Below are positions 50,844 to 61,159 of a stretch of 64,000 bases of DNA, piece after piece. The notes beneath the pieces are model-generated. The model saw only the letters and a program-made list of their open reading frames with translations. It ran no database searches and had not been told where the DNA came from. Origin of the DNA: Flavobacteriaceae bacterium UBA2540 (GTDB lineage: Bacteria; Bacteroidota; Bacteroidia; Flavobacteriales; Flavobacteriaceae). The stretch is taken from the NCBI GenBank assembly GCA_002340765.1, contig DDMS01000025.1, positions 1,692 to 65,691 on the forward strand, written 5' to 3'. Position 1 is the stretch's first letter; each line of letters opens with the position of its first letter. The translations under genes and the position numbers were made by a program.

Positions 50844-51361
50844 CAGACTGTGAAAAAACCTCACAATCCTCTCAACAAATATATCAAAAAGTTTGTTTAA
50901 AAGTGATTTTTTTGGTATTTTTAAACATGCACCATATCCAAGAAATTCCTCATAATCAGCAACAAATGGCCAGCTTAAAAGATAAAATCAGCACAGATAA
51001 TCCCGTGCGGTTTATCGATGCTTTTGTGAGCTTCATAAACCTCAAAAAAGTGGGTTTTGAACCTAAAACGCTAAAAACCGAAGGGCGACCGAGTTTTCAA
51101 ACAGAAGTGTTCCTTAAACTCTATTTATACGGCTATCTCAATGGCGTTCGTAGTTCAAGACGACTTGAAAAAGAATTCTTTCGAAACATTGAAGTGCAGT
51201 GGCTTTTGGAAGATATACGCCCCAATTATCTCACGATTTGCGATTTTCGTAAAGACAATCCAAAAGCACTCAAACAACTTTTTAAATTATTTGTGTCTTT
51301 TTTGAAAGATGCTGAGCTTATTGCTGACGATTTACAGTATAAAGAAAAAAAGGGTGTATAA
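50844..51361 (+). mobile_element. IS1182-family insertion sequence remnant (left end plus truncated transposase, ATG 50927)
   Basis: DUF772-like N-terminus (DNPVRFIDAFV, GRPSF, LKLYLYGYLNGVRSSRRLEKE, DFRKDN); only ~144 aa, DDE domain missing; putative left end CAGACTGTGAAAAAACC. Confidence 0.85.
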
Positions 51362-51431
51362 ATCAATGCTAGATGCTGTGAGCTACCCAAAAATTCAGTC
51401 ATTTAAAAACAACAAACTCAAAAGCATAAAA

Positions 51432-51468
51432 AAAATCCGTAAAACAGTGATTTGCGCTACGGATTTTA
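51432..51468 (-). terminator. terminator downstream of secA
   Basis: AAAATCCGTA...TACGGATTTT inverted repeat with a T-tract on the minus strand. Confidence 0.65.
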
Positions 51469-51490
51469 AAAAAGTTTTATAGGATAACAA

Positions 51491-54400
51491 TTACTTCACC
51501 ACCCAATTGCCACTGTCTAGTAATGGAATGGCTTGTTTGAATTTTACTTCTTTTTCTTCACCAGTCATCACATTTTTGATAGTTACTTTTTCATTTCTAC
51601 CAATTTTTGGTTGTTCTCGTACAATCGTTTCAACAGGGGCTTGTTGCTGTTGTCTAGAGTTTGCAATGGCTTTTTCAGTGCTATTTTGAACTTCTGCTTT
51701 GCTCGTATTCAAACGTTCTCTTTTTTGTTGACGCGCTTCCGAAATCTGATTGGTGTCTTGTGTTGGTAATTCGCCTTTAAATAAGAATGACAATACTTCT
51801 TTATTGATTTCATCTACTGTCAATTTAAACAATTCAAAAGCTTCAAATTTATAGATTAACAATGGGTCTTTTTGTTCGTAAGAAGCATTTTGAACAGATT
51901 GTTTTAAGTCGTCCATTTTGCGCAAATGCTCTTTCCAGTTTTCATCAATAATGGCTAAGGTGATGTTTTTTTCAAAATCGGTAATCAAGCTTTTTCCTTG
52001 CGTTTCATAAGCTTCTTTTAAGTTGGTGACTACTTGCAATGATTTGATACCATCTGTAAAAGGTACCACAATGCGTTCGTAACGATCACCCTCGTTTTCA
52101 TACACCCCTTTGATTACAGGATATGCCAAAACTGCATTTTTCTCAATCTTGGTTTTGTAATGCGATGTTACAATTTCATACAATTTGTCTGTAATTTCTT
52201 TTTCTGATAGTTTTTCAAAATCAGCCTCTGTTATAGGAGAACTCATGGACGAAAAACGAATCAATTCAAACTCAAAATTCTGGAAATCTTTAACCGCTTT
52301 GTTTTTAATTACAATCGATTCACAAGTTTCATAAATCATATTTGCAATATCAACCTGCAGACGTTTTCCATCCAATGCATTTCGTCTTCTTTTATACACA
52401 AATTCACGTTGAGAATTCATGATATCATCATATTCTAACAATCGCTTACGGATGCCAAAATTGTTTTCTTCTACTTTCTTTTGGGCACGTTCTATAGATT
52501 TGGTAATCATGGAATGTTGGATCACTTCGCCTTCTTTCAATCCCATTCTGTCCATCATTTTGGCAATTCTGTCAGAACCAAATAAACGCATCAAGTTGTC
52601 GTCCAAAGCCACATAAAATTGTGATGAACCCACATCTCCTTGACGTCCAGCACGTCCTCTCAACTGTCTATCAACACGTCTTGAGTCATGACGCTCTGTA
52701 CCAATAATCGCCAAACCACCCGCTTTTTTTACGTCTTCTGTCAACTTGATGTCTGTTCCACGCCCAGCCATGTTGGTTGCAATGGTTACCACGCCAGGTT
52801 TTCCTGCTTCAGCCACAATATCTGCTTCACGTTTGTGTAATTTTGCATTCAAAATATTGTGTGGGATTTTGCGCATTTGTAGCATTCTTCCTAACAATTC
52901 TGAGATTTCTACGGAAGTTGTTCCCACTAAAACGGGTCTTTTTTCGGATACTAATTTTACAATATCGTCAATAACTGCGTTGTATTTTTCACGAGAAGTT
53001 TTGTAGACCAAATCTTCTTTGTCATCTCTTGTAACAGGTTTGTTGGTCGGAATTTCAACAACATCTAGTTTATAAATTTCCCAAAATTCGCCAGCTTCAG
53101 TCACTGCAGTTCCAGTCATACCAGCTAATTTACGGTACATTCTAAAATAATTTTGAAGTGTAACAGTAGCAAAAGTTTGAGTAGCATCTTCGATTTTTAC
53201 GTTTTCTTTGGCTTCAATGGCTTGATGCAATCCGTCTGAATAACGACGACCATCCATGATACGACCAGTTTGCTCATCAACTATCATCACTTTGTTTTCC
53301 ATGACTACATATTCCACATCTTTTTCAAAAACGGTGTAGGCTTTTAATAATTGATTCATGGTGTGAATTCGCTCACTTTTGATGCTAAAATCGCGGTATA
53401 ATTCTTCTTTTTGAGAAGCTTTTTCTTCTGCACTTCCTTCTGATTGGTCAATTTGTCCCACTTTTACGCCAATATCTGGCAAAACAAAGAAGTTGTCATT
53501 TTTTGTAATTTCTGACAAATGCGCAATTCCTTTGTCAGTCAAATCAATTTGATTGTTTTTCTCCTCCACCACAAACCACAAATCTTCGTCCACTTCTGGC
53601 ATCAATTTGTTGTTATCTTGCATGTAGTGATTTTCGGTTTTTTGCAACAATTGTTTGATACCTTCTTGAGATAAAAACTTAATCAAGGCTTTATTTTTAG
53701 GCAAACCTCTATAAACTCTCAATAATAAAAAGCCTCCTTCTTTGTCTTTTCCTTCCGAAATCAATTTTTTAGATTCTGCCAAAACACCTACTAAATGTTT
53801 GCGTTGCAATTCCACCAAATCAGCTACCAAAGGTTTTAGTTCGTTGAACTCATGTCGATCACCTTGATGCACAGGTCCAGAAATAATCAAAGGCGTTCTT
53901 GCATCGTCAATCAGCACAGAATCTACCTCATCAATAATGGCATAATTGGGCGCTCTTTGCACCAAATCATCTTTAGAGCTTGCCATGTTATCACGCAAAT
54001 AATCAAACCCAAATTCATTATTTGTTCCGTACGTAATATCAGCATTGTACGCTTTTCTACGTGCGTCAGAATTTGGTTGATGATAATCTATACAATCTGT
54101 AGAAAGTCCGTGAAACTCAAAAATTGGACCCATCCAAGCACTATCACGTTTTGCTAAATAATCGTTGACAGTTACTAAATGAACTCCTTTTCCTGAAAGC
54201 GCATTCAAATAAACAGGTAGTGTTGACACCAATGTTTTTCCTTCACCAGTCATCATTTCAGCAATTTTTCCCTGATGTAAAACAGATCCACCAATTAATT
54301 GCACGTCATAATGAATCATGTCCCATGTCACAGGTTTTCCTGCAGCATCCCAAGAATTTGCCCAAAACGCTTTATCATTTTTTAGAGTAATATGAGCTCT

Positions 54401-54826
54401 TTTTACTGATAATTCGCGGTCAAAAGGAGTAGCAGTTACTTCAATTTCTTCATTTTTTACAAAACGAATGGCAGTTTCTTTGATTACTGCAAAGGCTTCT
54501 GGCATGATTTCCATTAAAACTTCTTCAGAAGCCTTGTAAGAGGTATCTTTCAAAGCATCAATTTCAGTATAAATTTCTTCTTGGCGATCAATAGTTGCTT
54601 TTTTTGCCTCCTCTTCTAATTCAATAATTTTGTCTTCAAAATCTTTGGTTGCTGCTTTTAATTTATCTTTAAACTCTTGCGTTTTTGCTCTTAAAGCATC
54701 GTTTGAAAGATAAGAGATTTCGGATTCAAATTTTTTTACACCATTTACTATGGGTTGTAAACTTTTTAAATCCTTTTGTTGTTTGTCTCCAACAAAAAAC
54801 TTAATTACTGAATTTAAAATATTCAT
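51491..54826 (-). CDS. secA: preprotein translocase subunit SecA
   Basis: EMMTGEGKT, VTVNDYLA, DEVDSVLIDDARTPLIISG, ATNMAGRGTDI, QLRGRAGRQGD motifs. Confidence 0.99.
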   Translation of the reverse strand: MNILNSVIKFFVGDKQQKDLKSLQPIVNGVKKFESEISYLSNDALRAKTQEFKDKLKAATKDFEDKIIELEEEAKKATIDRQEEIYTEIDALKDTSYKASEEVLMEIMPEAFAVIKETAIRFVKNEEIEVTATPFDRELSVKRAHITLKNDKAFWANSWDAAGKPVTWDMIHYDVQLIGGSVLHQGKIAEMMTGEGKTLVSTLPVYLNALSGKGVHLVTVNDYLAKRDSAWMGPIFEFHGLSTDCIDYHQPNSDARRKAYNADITYGTNNEFGFDYLRDNMASSKDDLVQRAPNYAIIDEVDSVLIDDARTPLIISGPVHQGDRHEFNELKPLVADLVELQRKHLVGVLAESKKLISEGKDKEGGFLLLRVYRGLPKNKALIKFLSQEGIKQLLQKTENHYMQDNNKLMPEVDEDLWFVVEEKNNQIDLTDKGIAHLSEITKNDNFFVLPDIGVKVGQIDQSEGSAEEKASQKEELYRDFSIKSERIHTMNQLLKAYTVFEKDVEYVVMENKVMIVDEQTGRIMDGRRYSDGLHQAIEAKENVKIEDATQTFATVTLQNYFRMYRKLAGMTGTAVTEAGEFWEIYKLDVVEIPTNKPVTRDDKEDLVYKTSREKYNAVIDDIVKLVSEKRPVLVGTTSVEISELLGRMLQMRKIPHNILNAKLHKREADIVAEAGKPGVVTIATNMAGRGTDIKLTEDVKKAGGLAIIGTERHDSRRVDRQLRGRAGRQGDVGSSQFYVALDDNLMRLFGSDRIAKMMDRMGLKEGEVIQHSMITKSIERAQKKVEENNFGIRKRLLEYDDIMNSQREFVYKRRRNALDGKRLQVDIANMIYETCESIVIKNKAVKDFQNFEFELIRFSSMSSPITEADFEKLSEKEITDKLYEIVTSHYKTKIEKNAVLAYPVIKGVYENEGDRYERIVVPFTDGIKSLQVVTNLKEAYETQGKSLITDFEKNITLAIIDENWKEHLRKMDDLKQSVQNASYEQKDPLLIYKFEAFELFKLTVDEINKEVLSFLFKGELPTQDTNQISEARQQKRERLNTSKAEVQNSTEKAIANSRQQQQAPVETIVREQPKIGRNEKVTIKNVMTGEEKEVKFKQAIPLLDSGNWVVK

Positions 54827-54960
54827 TTTGTTTGTTTTAGTTCAATTAAAAAGACAATTGAAATTTATGGTTATACATCAACACAAAATATCTTGAAAAA
54901 AAGTTTTTCTAGTGTATCATGAAACAAAAAAAAGCCTCTTGAGAGACTTTGTTTTATTTT

Positions 54961-55182
54961 TTAATATTCATCCTCGTTCCAAAGATAATCCTCTTCAGAG
55001 GGATAATCTGGCCAAATCTCAATGATAGAGTCATAAGGCTCTTCTTCATCTTCGATATCTTGTAGGTTTTCTACAACCTCAAGAGGCGCACCAGTTCTAA
55101 TTGCATAATCTATCAGTTCATCTTTGGTTGCTGGCCAAGGCGCATCTGCTAAATAAGATGCTAATTCTAATGTCCAATACAT
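54961..55182 (-). CDS. DUF2795 domain protein
   Basis: MYWTLELASYLADAPWPATKDELIDYAIRTGAPLEVVENL, a conserved Bacteroidetes small protein upstream of secA. Confidence 0.9.
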   Translation of the reverse strand: MYWTLELASYLADAPWPATKDELIDYAIRTGAPLEVVENLQDIEDEEEPYDSIIEIWPDYPSEEDYLWNEDEY

Positions 55183-55273
55183 TTCTTAACTTTTAATTTT
55201 TGTACAAAAATAATTTTTTTAACCAATTAAGCAAGTCTTTTTTAAGAAATATAATTAATAAAAAAAGAACGTG

Positions 55274-55846
55274 CTAAATTTTTTCAGGAATCCATTTGAT
55301 TTCCTTTACAGAAAGCTCTTTTGACAACTTTCGTGCCAATACAAAAAGGTAGTCAGAAAGTCTATTTAAATATTTTAAAATGGTGCTATTAAGATGTTCA
55401 TATTCGTTTAAAGCAACAGATAGGCGTTCTGCACGTCTGCAAACGCATCTTGCAACGTGACAGAATGACACAGCAACGTGACCACCGGGCAAAATAAAAT
55501 GTGTCATCTGTGGAAGTTCAGCATCCATTTTATCAATTTCATTTTCTAAATAAAGAATTGATTTTTCATCCACTTTTGGGATATTCAATCGTTCATTGCC
55601 ATTTACTAAAGTTTCTTTTTCAGGAGGTGTAGCTAACATAGCTCCCAAAGTGAACAAATCGTGTTGAATTTTCAACAAAGATTGTTTGATTTCTTGACTT
55701 ATTTCTTGGTCTTTGATTAAACCAATATAAGAATTGAGTTCGTCAACAGTGCCATAACTTTCAATACGTAAATTATTTTTCTGAACTCTTGTGCCACCAA
55801 AAAGTGCAGTAGTACCTTTATCGCCCGTTTTTGTATATATTTTCAT
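55274..55846 (-). CDS. cob(I)alamin adenosyltransferase (PduO type)
   Basis: KIYTKTGDKG, YGTVDELNS, FILPGG, RRAER, YLNRLSD motifs. Confidence 0.95.
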   Translation of the reverse strand: MKIYTKTGDKGTTALFGGTRVQKNNLRIESYGTVDELNSYIGLIKDQEISQEIKQSLLKIQHDLFTLGAMLATPPEKETLVNGNERLNIPKVDEKSILYLENEIDKMDAELPQMTHFILPGGHVAVSFCHVARCVCRRAERLSVALNEYEHLNSTILKYLNRLSDYLFVLARKLSKELSVKEIKWIPEKI

Positions 55847-55905
55847 AATGATTTTATTGAAAATTAAAAGTAGTAAAGTTACAAAGATTGTTGGCTAAAA
55901 AAGTA

Positions 55906-56412
55906 TTAAACTCGAATTTTAAAATGTTCTTTGACTTGCTTTCTTCTGAAGAAAACCAACCCAAAATAAAATACATCAATAGTAACAATTGCTTGGTTGT
56001 TTTTGCATATTGATTTCCATTTTTGGAATGATTTAGAGTTTGAATGTATTCCATGAATGACAAAGAATATTTGTGATGAATTTGGAATTGCTTCGTCAAA
56101 CATAAAATTTTTTATAGTATTGAAATACAATAATTTATAATTGTTATCTAAACTATTTTCTAATTCTTTAGAATTTGTGTAAAGTTGATTAATTTTAAAA
56201 TAATTACAGATATTAGATAGGATTTTTTCTTCTTTTTTGGGTAGATTTTGTACCGCTAAAAAGTCATTTTTAAGTGCTAATTCTTTTGATTTTTGATACA
56301 AACCTTTCGTAACAAAATCAAATACAAAAGGCGAATGTACTCCATGTTGATTGGTGGAAGTTGCTAAAAATTGAATTCGAGAAACGAGTTTGAAAAACAG
56401 TGTAATAATCAT
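55906..56412 (-). CDS. hypothetical protein, shortened methyltransferase-like
   Basis: N-terminal HGVHSPFVF and C-terminal TIDVFYFGLVFFR..Q.KEHF are shared with Bacteroidetes SAM methyltransferases; no visible SAM-binding motif. Confidence 0.55.
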   Translation of the reverse strand: MIITLFFKLVSRIQFLATSTNQHGVHSPFVFDFVTKGLYQKSKELALKNDFLAVQNLPKKEEKILSNICNYFKINQLYTNSKELENSLDNNYKLLYFNTIKNFMFDEAIPNSSQIFFVIHGIHSNSKSFQKWKSICKNNQAIVTIDVFYFGLVFFRRKQVKEHFKIRV

Positions 56413-56496
56413 CAGATTTAAAGTGCAAAAATAGTATCTATTTTAATTAAAAAAAAATCAATATTTTCTTCATCAGAAAAAAATAAAACTATATGT

Positions 56497-57006
56497 ATGA
56501 TTCCAGAAAACGAATACGCGCCATATTATAAAAATTACATTCAACAAATTGAAAATAACGGGAAATCGATTTTAGCCAATCTTGAAATTTCTCAAAAAGA
56601 ATTTGAGGAATCGCTCTCTGAACTTTCCAAAAAGAAACAGCTTTATGCTTATGAAACTGGAAAATGGACAGTGAAAGAAGTAGTACAGCATATTATTGAC
56701 ACAGAACGTGTTTTTTGTCACAGAGCTTTGTGTTTCGCAAGAAATGACAAAACGTCTTTACCAGGATTTGATCAAGATTTATTTGTTGCAAATGTGGATG
56801 CAAATGCAAGAAATTGGACAGATTTATTAGCGGAAATGGCAATCGTAAGGCAAGGCACTATCTTATTATTTAAAAGTTTTTCGGATTTAGCGTTGCTAAG
56901 AATAGGAGAGGGTTCAGGGAAAAAAATGTCAGTCAGAGCGATCGGTTTTTTGTGCTCAGGACATCAAATACATCACATAAAAGTGCTAAAAGAAAGGTAC
57001 TTTTAG
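56497..57006 (+). CDS. DinB family protein
   Basis: YETGKWTVKEVVQHIIDTER, GHQIHH motifs. Confidence 0.9.
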   Translation: MIPENEYAPYYKNYIQQIENNGKSILANLEISQKEFEESLSELSKKKQLYAYETGKWTVKEVVQHIIDTERVFCHRALCFARNDKTSLPGFDQDLFVANVDANARNWTDLLAEMAIVRQGTILLFKSFSDLALLRIGEGSGKKMSVRAIGFLCSGHQIHHIKVLKERYF

Positions 57007-57015
57007 GTTCAAAAT

Positions 57016-57486
57016 TCAATATTCAATTTTATCCTGCTTTTCCGTCCATTTTTGGAAAGGTTCTAAGGCAATTTCTCTTCCAATTTGTTCGAAAGGAATA
57101 CTCCTTTTTTCATAAGGCAACGGAATTTCTTTATAAATAAAAGCATCATCAAACCCTATATTTGCTGCATCTTGCTGATTGCTTCCATAAAAAACTTTGT
57201 CAGGTCTTGCCCAATAAATGGCTCCCAAACACATAGGACAAGGCTCACAAGAAGTATAAATAATGCAACCATCCAACTGAAAAGAACCAATATTTTTGCA
57301 AGCGTCTCTAATGGCTGTAACTTCTGCATGTGCAGTTGGATCGTTGGTAGAGGTTACTTTGTTGTTTCCACTACCAATAATTTCTCCATCTTTCACTACA
57401 ATACAACCAAAAGGACCTCCTTCGTTGTTTTGCATTCCTTTTAAAGCTGCTTTTACAGCTTCATTCATATAGCTTTCGTGGGTCAT
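57016..57486 (-). CDS. nucleoside/guanine deaminase (GuaD-like)
   Basis: GGPFG, DPTAHAE, SCEPCPMC motifs; true start 57486 (the ORF-track extension translates a repeat array). Confidence 0.92.
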   Translation of the reverse strand: MTHESYMNEAVKAALKGMQNNEGGPFGCIVVKDGEIIGSGNNKVTSTNDPTAHAEVTAIRDACKNIGSFQLDGCIIYTSCEPCPMCLGAIYWARPDKVFYGSNQQDAANIGFDDAFIYKEIPLPYEKRSIPFEQIGREIALEPFQKWTEKQDKIEY

Positions 57487-57488
57487 TT

Positions 57489-57544
57489 TTTTAGCTTTTA
57501 GCAATTTGCATTTGGCTTTTAGCAATTAGCTTTTAGTATTTAGG
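57489..57544. repeat. 7-mer tandem array x8 (TTTTAGC/AATTAGC)
   Basis: TTTTAGC TTTTAGC AATTTGC ATTTGGC TTTTAGC AATTAGC TTTTAGT ATTTAGG, 2 bp from the deaminase start codon. Confidence 0.85.
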
Positions 57545-57617
57545 AAAATTAATTAAAAAAAAGAAATTTTAATATCAAACTTAATTTATATTAAAACTAA
57601 AAACTTAAGATTAAAGT

Positions 57618-59018
57618 CTACTTAAAACTCCCAATCATTTCTTCTGGTTTTACCCAAGCATCATATTCTTCTGGAGTTACATAGCCCAAACGTACTGCTT
57701 CCTCTTTCAAAGTAGTTCCGTTTTCGTGAGCGGTATTTGCAATTTCAGCAGCTTTGTAATAGCCAATTTTTATGTTCAAAGCAGTCACCAACATCAATGA
57801 ATTATTCAATAATTCTTTGATTCTTGTGTAATTTGGTTCAATTCCGATGGCACAATTTTCATCAAAAGAAACACAAGCATCTCCTAATAATTGCGCAGAT
57901 TGTAGCACATTTGCGGCCATCATTGGTTTGAAAACATTCAATTCATAATGTCCTTGTGTGCCACCAATTGTCACTGCAACATCATTTCCCATTACTTGTG
58001 CACACACCATGGTCATAGCTTCACATTGTGTAGGATTTACTTTTCCGGGCATGATTGACGAACCTGGTTCATTTGCAGGAATGATAATTTCGCCAATTCC
58101 AGAACGAGGACCTGAAGCCATCATTCGAATATCATTCGCAATTTTATTTAAAGAAACAGCAATTTGTTTTAAAGCGCCATGAGTTTCTACTAATGCATCA
58201 TGAGCAGCCAATGCTTCAAATTTATTTTTAGCGGTGATAAAAGGCATTCCAGAAAATTCTGCAATGTATTTAGCGACCAAAACGTCATAACCAGCAGGCG
58301 TATTTAATCCTGTTCCAACAGCAGTTCCACCCAAAGCCAATTCAGATAAATGCGCTAACGTGTTTTTCAACGCTTTCAATCCGAAGTTTAATTGTGCTAC
58401 ATATCCTGAAAACTCTTGCCCTAAAGTCAGTGGAGTTGCATCCATTAAATGTGTTCTTCCAATTTTAACAACGGTTTTAAAAGCTTCAGATTTTGCTTGT
58501 AAGGTATTTCGTAATTGTTCAATTCCAGGAATGGTGGTTTCTACGATTTTTTTGAATGCTGCAATATGCATTCCTGTTGGAAAAGTGTCATTTGAAGATT
58601 GAGATTTGTTCACATCATCATTTGGTTGAATCGCTTTTTCGCCTTCACCAATTTTTCTTCCAGCAAGTTCTTGAGCTCTGTTAGCAATCACCTCATTAAC
58701 ATTCATATTTGATTGTGTTCCAGAACCAGTTTGCCAAATAACCAATGGAAATTGATCATCTAATTTTCCTTCTAAAATTTCATCACAAACTTTGGCAATC
58801 AAATCTCTTTTCTCTGAAGACAATACGTTTAAATCACAATTAGCATACGCTGCTGCTTTTTTCAAGATAGCAAAACCGTAAACGATTTCAAGCGGCATAG
58901 AAGCAGATGGGCCTATTTTAAAGTTATTTCGTGAACGCTCAGTTTGTGCGCCCCAATATTTATCAGCAGGAACATTTACGTTGCCCATTGTGTCTTTTTC
59001 GATTCTGTATTGTGTCAT
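57618..59018 (-). CDS. fumC: class II fumarate hydratase
   Basis: [35 protein letters not shown] motifs. Confidence 0.98.
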   Translation of the reverse strand: MTQYRIEKDTMGNVNVPADKYWGAQTERSRNNFKIGPSASMPLEIVYGFAILKKAAAYANCDLNVLSSEKRDLIAKVCDEILEGKLDDQFPLVIWQTGSGTQSNMNVNEVIANRAQELAGRKIGEGEKAIQPNDDVNKSQSSNDTFPTGMHIAAFKKIVETTIPGIEQLRNTLQAKSEAFKTVVKIGRTHLMDATPLTLGQEFSGYVAQLNFGLKALKNTLAHLSELALGGTAVGTGLNTPAGYDVLVAKYIAEFSGMPFITAKNKFEALAAHDALVETHGALKQIAVSLNKIANDIRMMASGPRSGIGEIIIPANEPGSSIMPGKVNPTQCEAMTMVCAQVMGNDVAVTIGGTQGHYELNVFKPMMAANVLQSAQLLGDACVSFDENCAIGIEPNYTRIKELLNNSLMLVTALNIKIGYYKAAEIANTAHENGTTLKEEAVRLGYVTPEEYDAWVKPEEMIGSFK

Positions 59019-59229
59019 TTTTATGAAATTTTTTCGAGATACAAATTTACAAAAACAAAGAGAAAAGGAGCTAGGAAAGTCTTAAAACTGTTATATTTTT
59101 TTTGGTTACATTTTTAAAATGAAATAAAAAAAAGCTTTTTAAGAGAAAATTAATGATTTTGATTGTAATAGTTGAAAATATATTTTTATTTTTGCGTTAC
59201 TAATATATAAAATAGTAAAATAGAATACA

Positions 59230-59412
59230 ATGTTAGATTTTTCACAGTTTTCAGGATTAGTTTTGTTCATGTTTATTTTTACAGCTGGTTTTTGGTTGTT
59301 ATTATTTTTATTAACATTTGTAGTTCCTTATTGGATTGGCGGAACTATTTGGGAAAACATGAAATTAAAAAAAGAAGCTAAGAAAGCTGCTGAAGCTGCT
59401 AAAGAAAAGTAA
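59230..59412 (+). CDS. small membrane protein
   Basis: 60 aa, hydrophobic N-terminus and basic tail; AT-rich leader; followed by a terminator. Confidence 0.7.
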   Translation: MLDFSQFSGLVLFMFIFTAGFWLLLFLLTFVVPYWIGGTIWENMKLKKEAKKAAEAAKEK

Positions 59413-59432
59413 TTTTTCTTTTAAATATATTA

Positions 59433-59459
59433 CAAAAGCCCGCTTTTTGCGGGTTTTTG
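59433..59459 (+). terminator. intrinsic terminator
   Basis: CAAAAGCCCGC-TTTTT-GCGGGTTTTTG hairpin. Confidence 0.75.
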
Positions 59460-59519
59460 CATTTTGTTTAAAAAGTTTTGACTTTAAAGTAGATGAGAAT
59501 TAGGATAAATAATCTACTA

Positions 59520-59695
59520 ACCCGTGGGTGTAATTATTAAAAACATTCATTCGAGCGTTTTTTGTGAAGTAAAACGGAAAAAAAAATGTATCATGAGTCA
59601 TTTTTAACACTAATTTTTCTGTTCTCGATAAGATTTTCTATGGAAAATCGAACTGACAAAAAATTATTGTCAAAAATTAATAACACCCTAAGGGT
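59520..59695. mobile_element. degenerate MITE-like element with terminal inverted repeats and internal REP-like palindrome
   Basis: Left end ACCCGTGGGTGTAAT; right end (reverse complement) ACCCTTAGGGTGTTAT; internal TTCGAGCG...TGTATCATGAG / GTTCTCGATA...CGAACTGAC arms. Confidence 0.6.
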
Positions 59696-59841
59696 TCAAT
59701 AATATTTTTCAATAATTTTTGAAGTTATGTTATAAATTAAAATACATATTTTGAAATTCTTGCTTTAAAATCTTTAAATTTGAATGAATTGAAATCTTAT
59801 TACATGTAAGAAGATTTTAATGTAATTAAAAAACAACAATC

Positions 59842-60417
59842 ATGAAACCTACTTATTCAAAAATATACAGAATACTGCATTGGTCAATTGCAATTACATT
59901 TACACTGATGTTAATCACTATTTTTCTTAGGTTAACTTGGATGAACAAATTTAATGTTGCAGAAATTATTGGAAATTATCTCAATAAAAACGATGTTGTT
60001 TTAAGTCAAGATCAATTAATTGTCTTGGCAAAACAAATCAGACAACCAATGTGGGATTGGCACATTTATTTGGGATATGTTTTATCTGGATTGTTTTTAA
60101 TACGATTTACATTGCCATTTTTTGGTGAAATGAAATTTCAAAACCCTTTGGATAAAAAAGCAACTACCAAAGAAAAATTTCAAAAATGGATTTATATTAT
60201 TTTTTATGTGTGTGTGATTATTTCTTTGATAACTGGATTGATTATCAAATTTGGTCCAAAAGAATTCAAAAAATCAATGGAATCCATTCATGAACTCTCA
60301 ATTTATTATTTAGTAGCATTTATTGTACTTCATTTAGTAGGCGTTTTAATCTCAGAATTTATTGATGACAAAGGAATTATTTCAAGAATTGTAAGTGGTG
60401 AAAAGAAAAAAGTATAG
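59842..60417 (+). CDS. cytochrome b/b6 (b561-like) domain protein
   Basis: RILHW, WHIYLG, IHE, LHLVG: four His in four TM segments. Confidence 0.88.
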   Translation: MKPTYSKIYRILHWSIAITFTLMLITIFLRLTWMNKFNVAEIIGNYLNKNDVVLSQDQLIVLAKQIRQPMWDWHIYLGYVLSGLFLIRFTLPFFGEMKFQNPLDKKATTKEKFQKWIYIIFYVCVIISLITGLIIKFGPKEFKKSMESIHELSIYYLVAFIVLHLVGVLISEFIDDKGIISRIVSGEKKKV

Positions 60418-60449
60418 TAATAAAACAACTTCTGAAATATAAACTTAAT

Positions 60450-60971
60450 TTAAAGTTTTTTATCAATCTGAATTGAATCAATTTTCTTTTCATAAATGTA
60501 TTCTAATTGATATTGTTTGCTTTTAACTACAATATTATTTTTGAAAATCAATTCTAAACATTCTTGGTTATTGTTAAAAGCACCAGGTTTAAAACCTAGA
60601 TTATAATTCCATATTTCAGGGGAATTTGCTTTAATGCGATCATCCCAGCCATACCATTCACTTGTTCCTAAAACTTTTTGAACTTCGGCTTTTGTTTTTC
60701 CTTTAAAAAGCTGTAATTCATGAATTTCGTTACTCATTTCATAACGTAAAGCAGGAGCTTCTTTCCACGCAGCCGCATCAAAATGTTTTTGATGATGATA
60801 ACTGCTAAAAATATTTAATAGCGGATAAAACACATAATAATAAACGATTGGCGTGAGAACAATACTGACAATTAGCGTAAGCCATTTTCGTTCATCAATA
60901 GTTTTAACAAAAAGCCAAACCAACACAAAAACAATAATTAAAAAAACAACAAATAAAGGAGTAAGAATCAT
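60450..60971 (-). CDS. hypothetical membrane-anchored protein
   Basis: Two N-terminal TMs; FDAAAWKE...RYEM...GKTKAEVQKVLG soluble domain. Confidence 0.7.
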   Translation of the reverse strand: MILTPLFVVFLIIVFVLVWLFVKTIDERKWLTLIVSIVLTPIVYYYVFYPLLNIFSSYHHQKHFDAAAWKEAPALRYEMSNEIHELQLFKGKTKAEVQKVLGTSEWYGWDDRIKANSPEIWNYNLGFKPGAFNNNQECLELIFKNNIVVKSKQYQLEYIYEKKIDSIQIDKKL

Positions 60972-61159
60972 ATTTAGTGGTTACTTATGAATTTGATAAA
61001 CATAACTAAAGTGCAAATACTGTATTTTAGCCTGCAAACTTATAAAATTTTTGGCTTTTTTGATACGTAGTAAGCTAGTTTTTTGTTTTACGATTTCAAA
61101 TGGTAATTTTCTTTCAATTCAAAATATTTGAAAGTTTAAAATTATTCTGTAAATAATTT

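Noticed and set aside
57487-57525. N-terminal extension MLKAKCKLLKAKK of the deaminase
   Set aside because: It is translation of the heptamer array.
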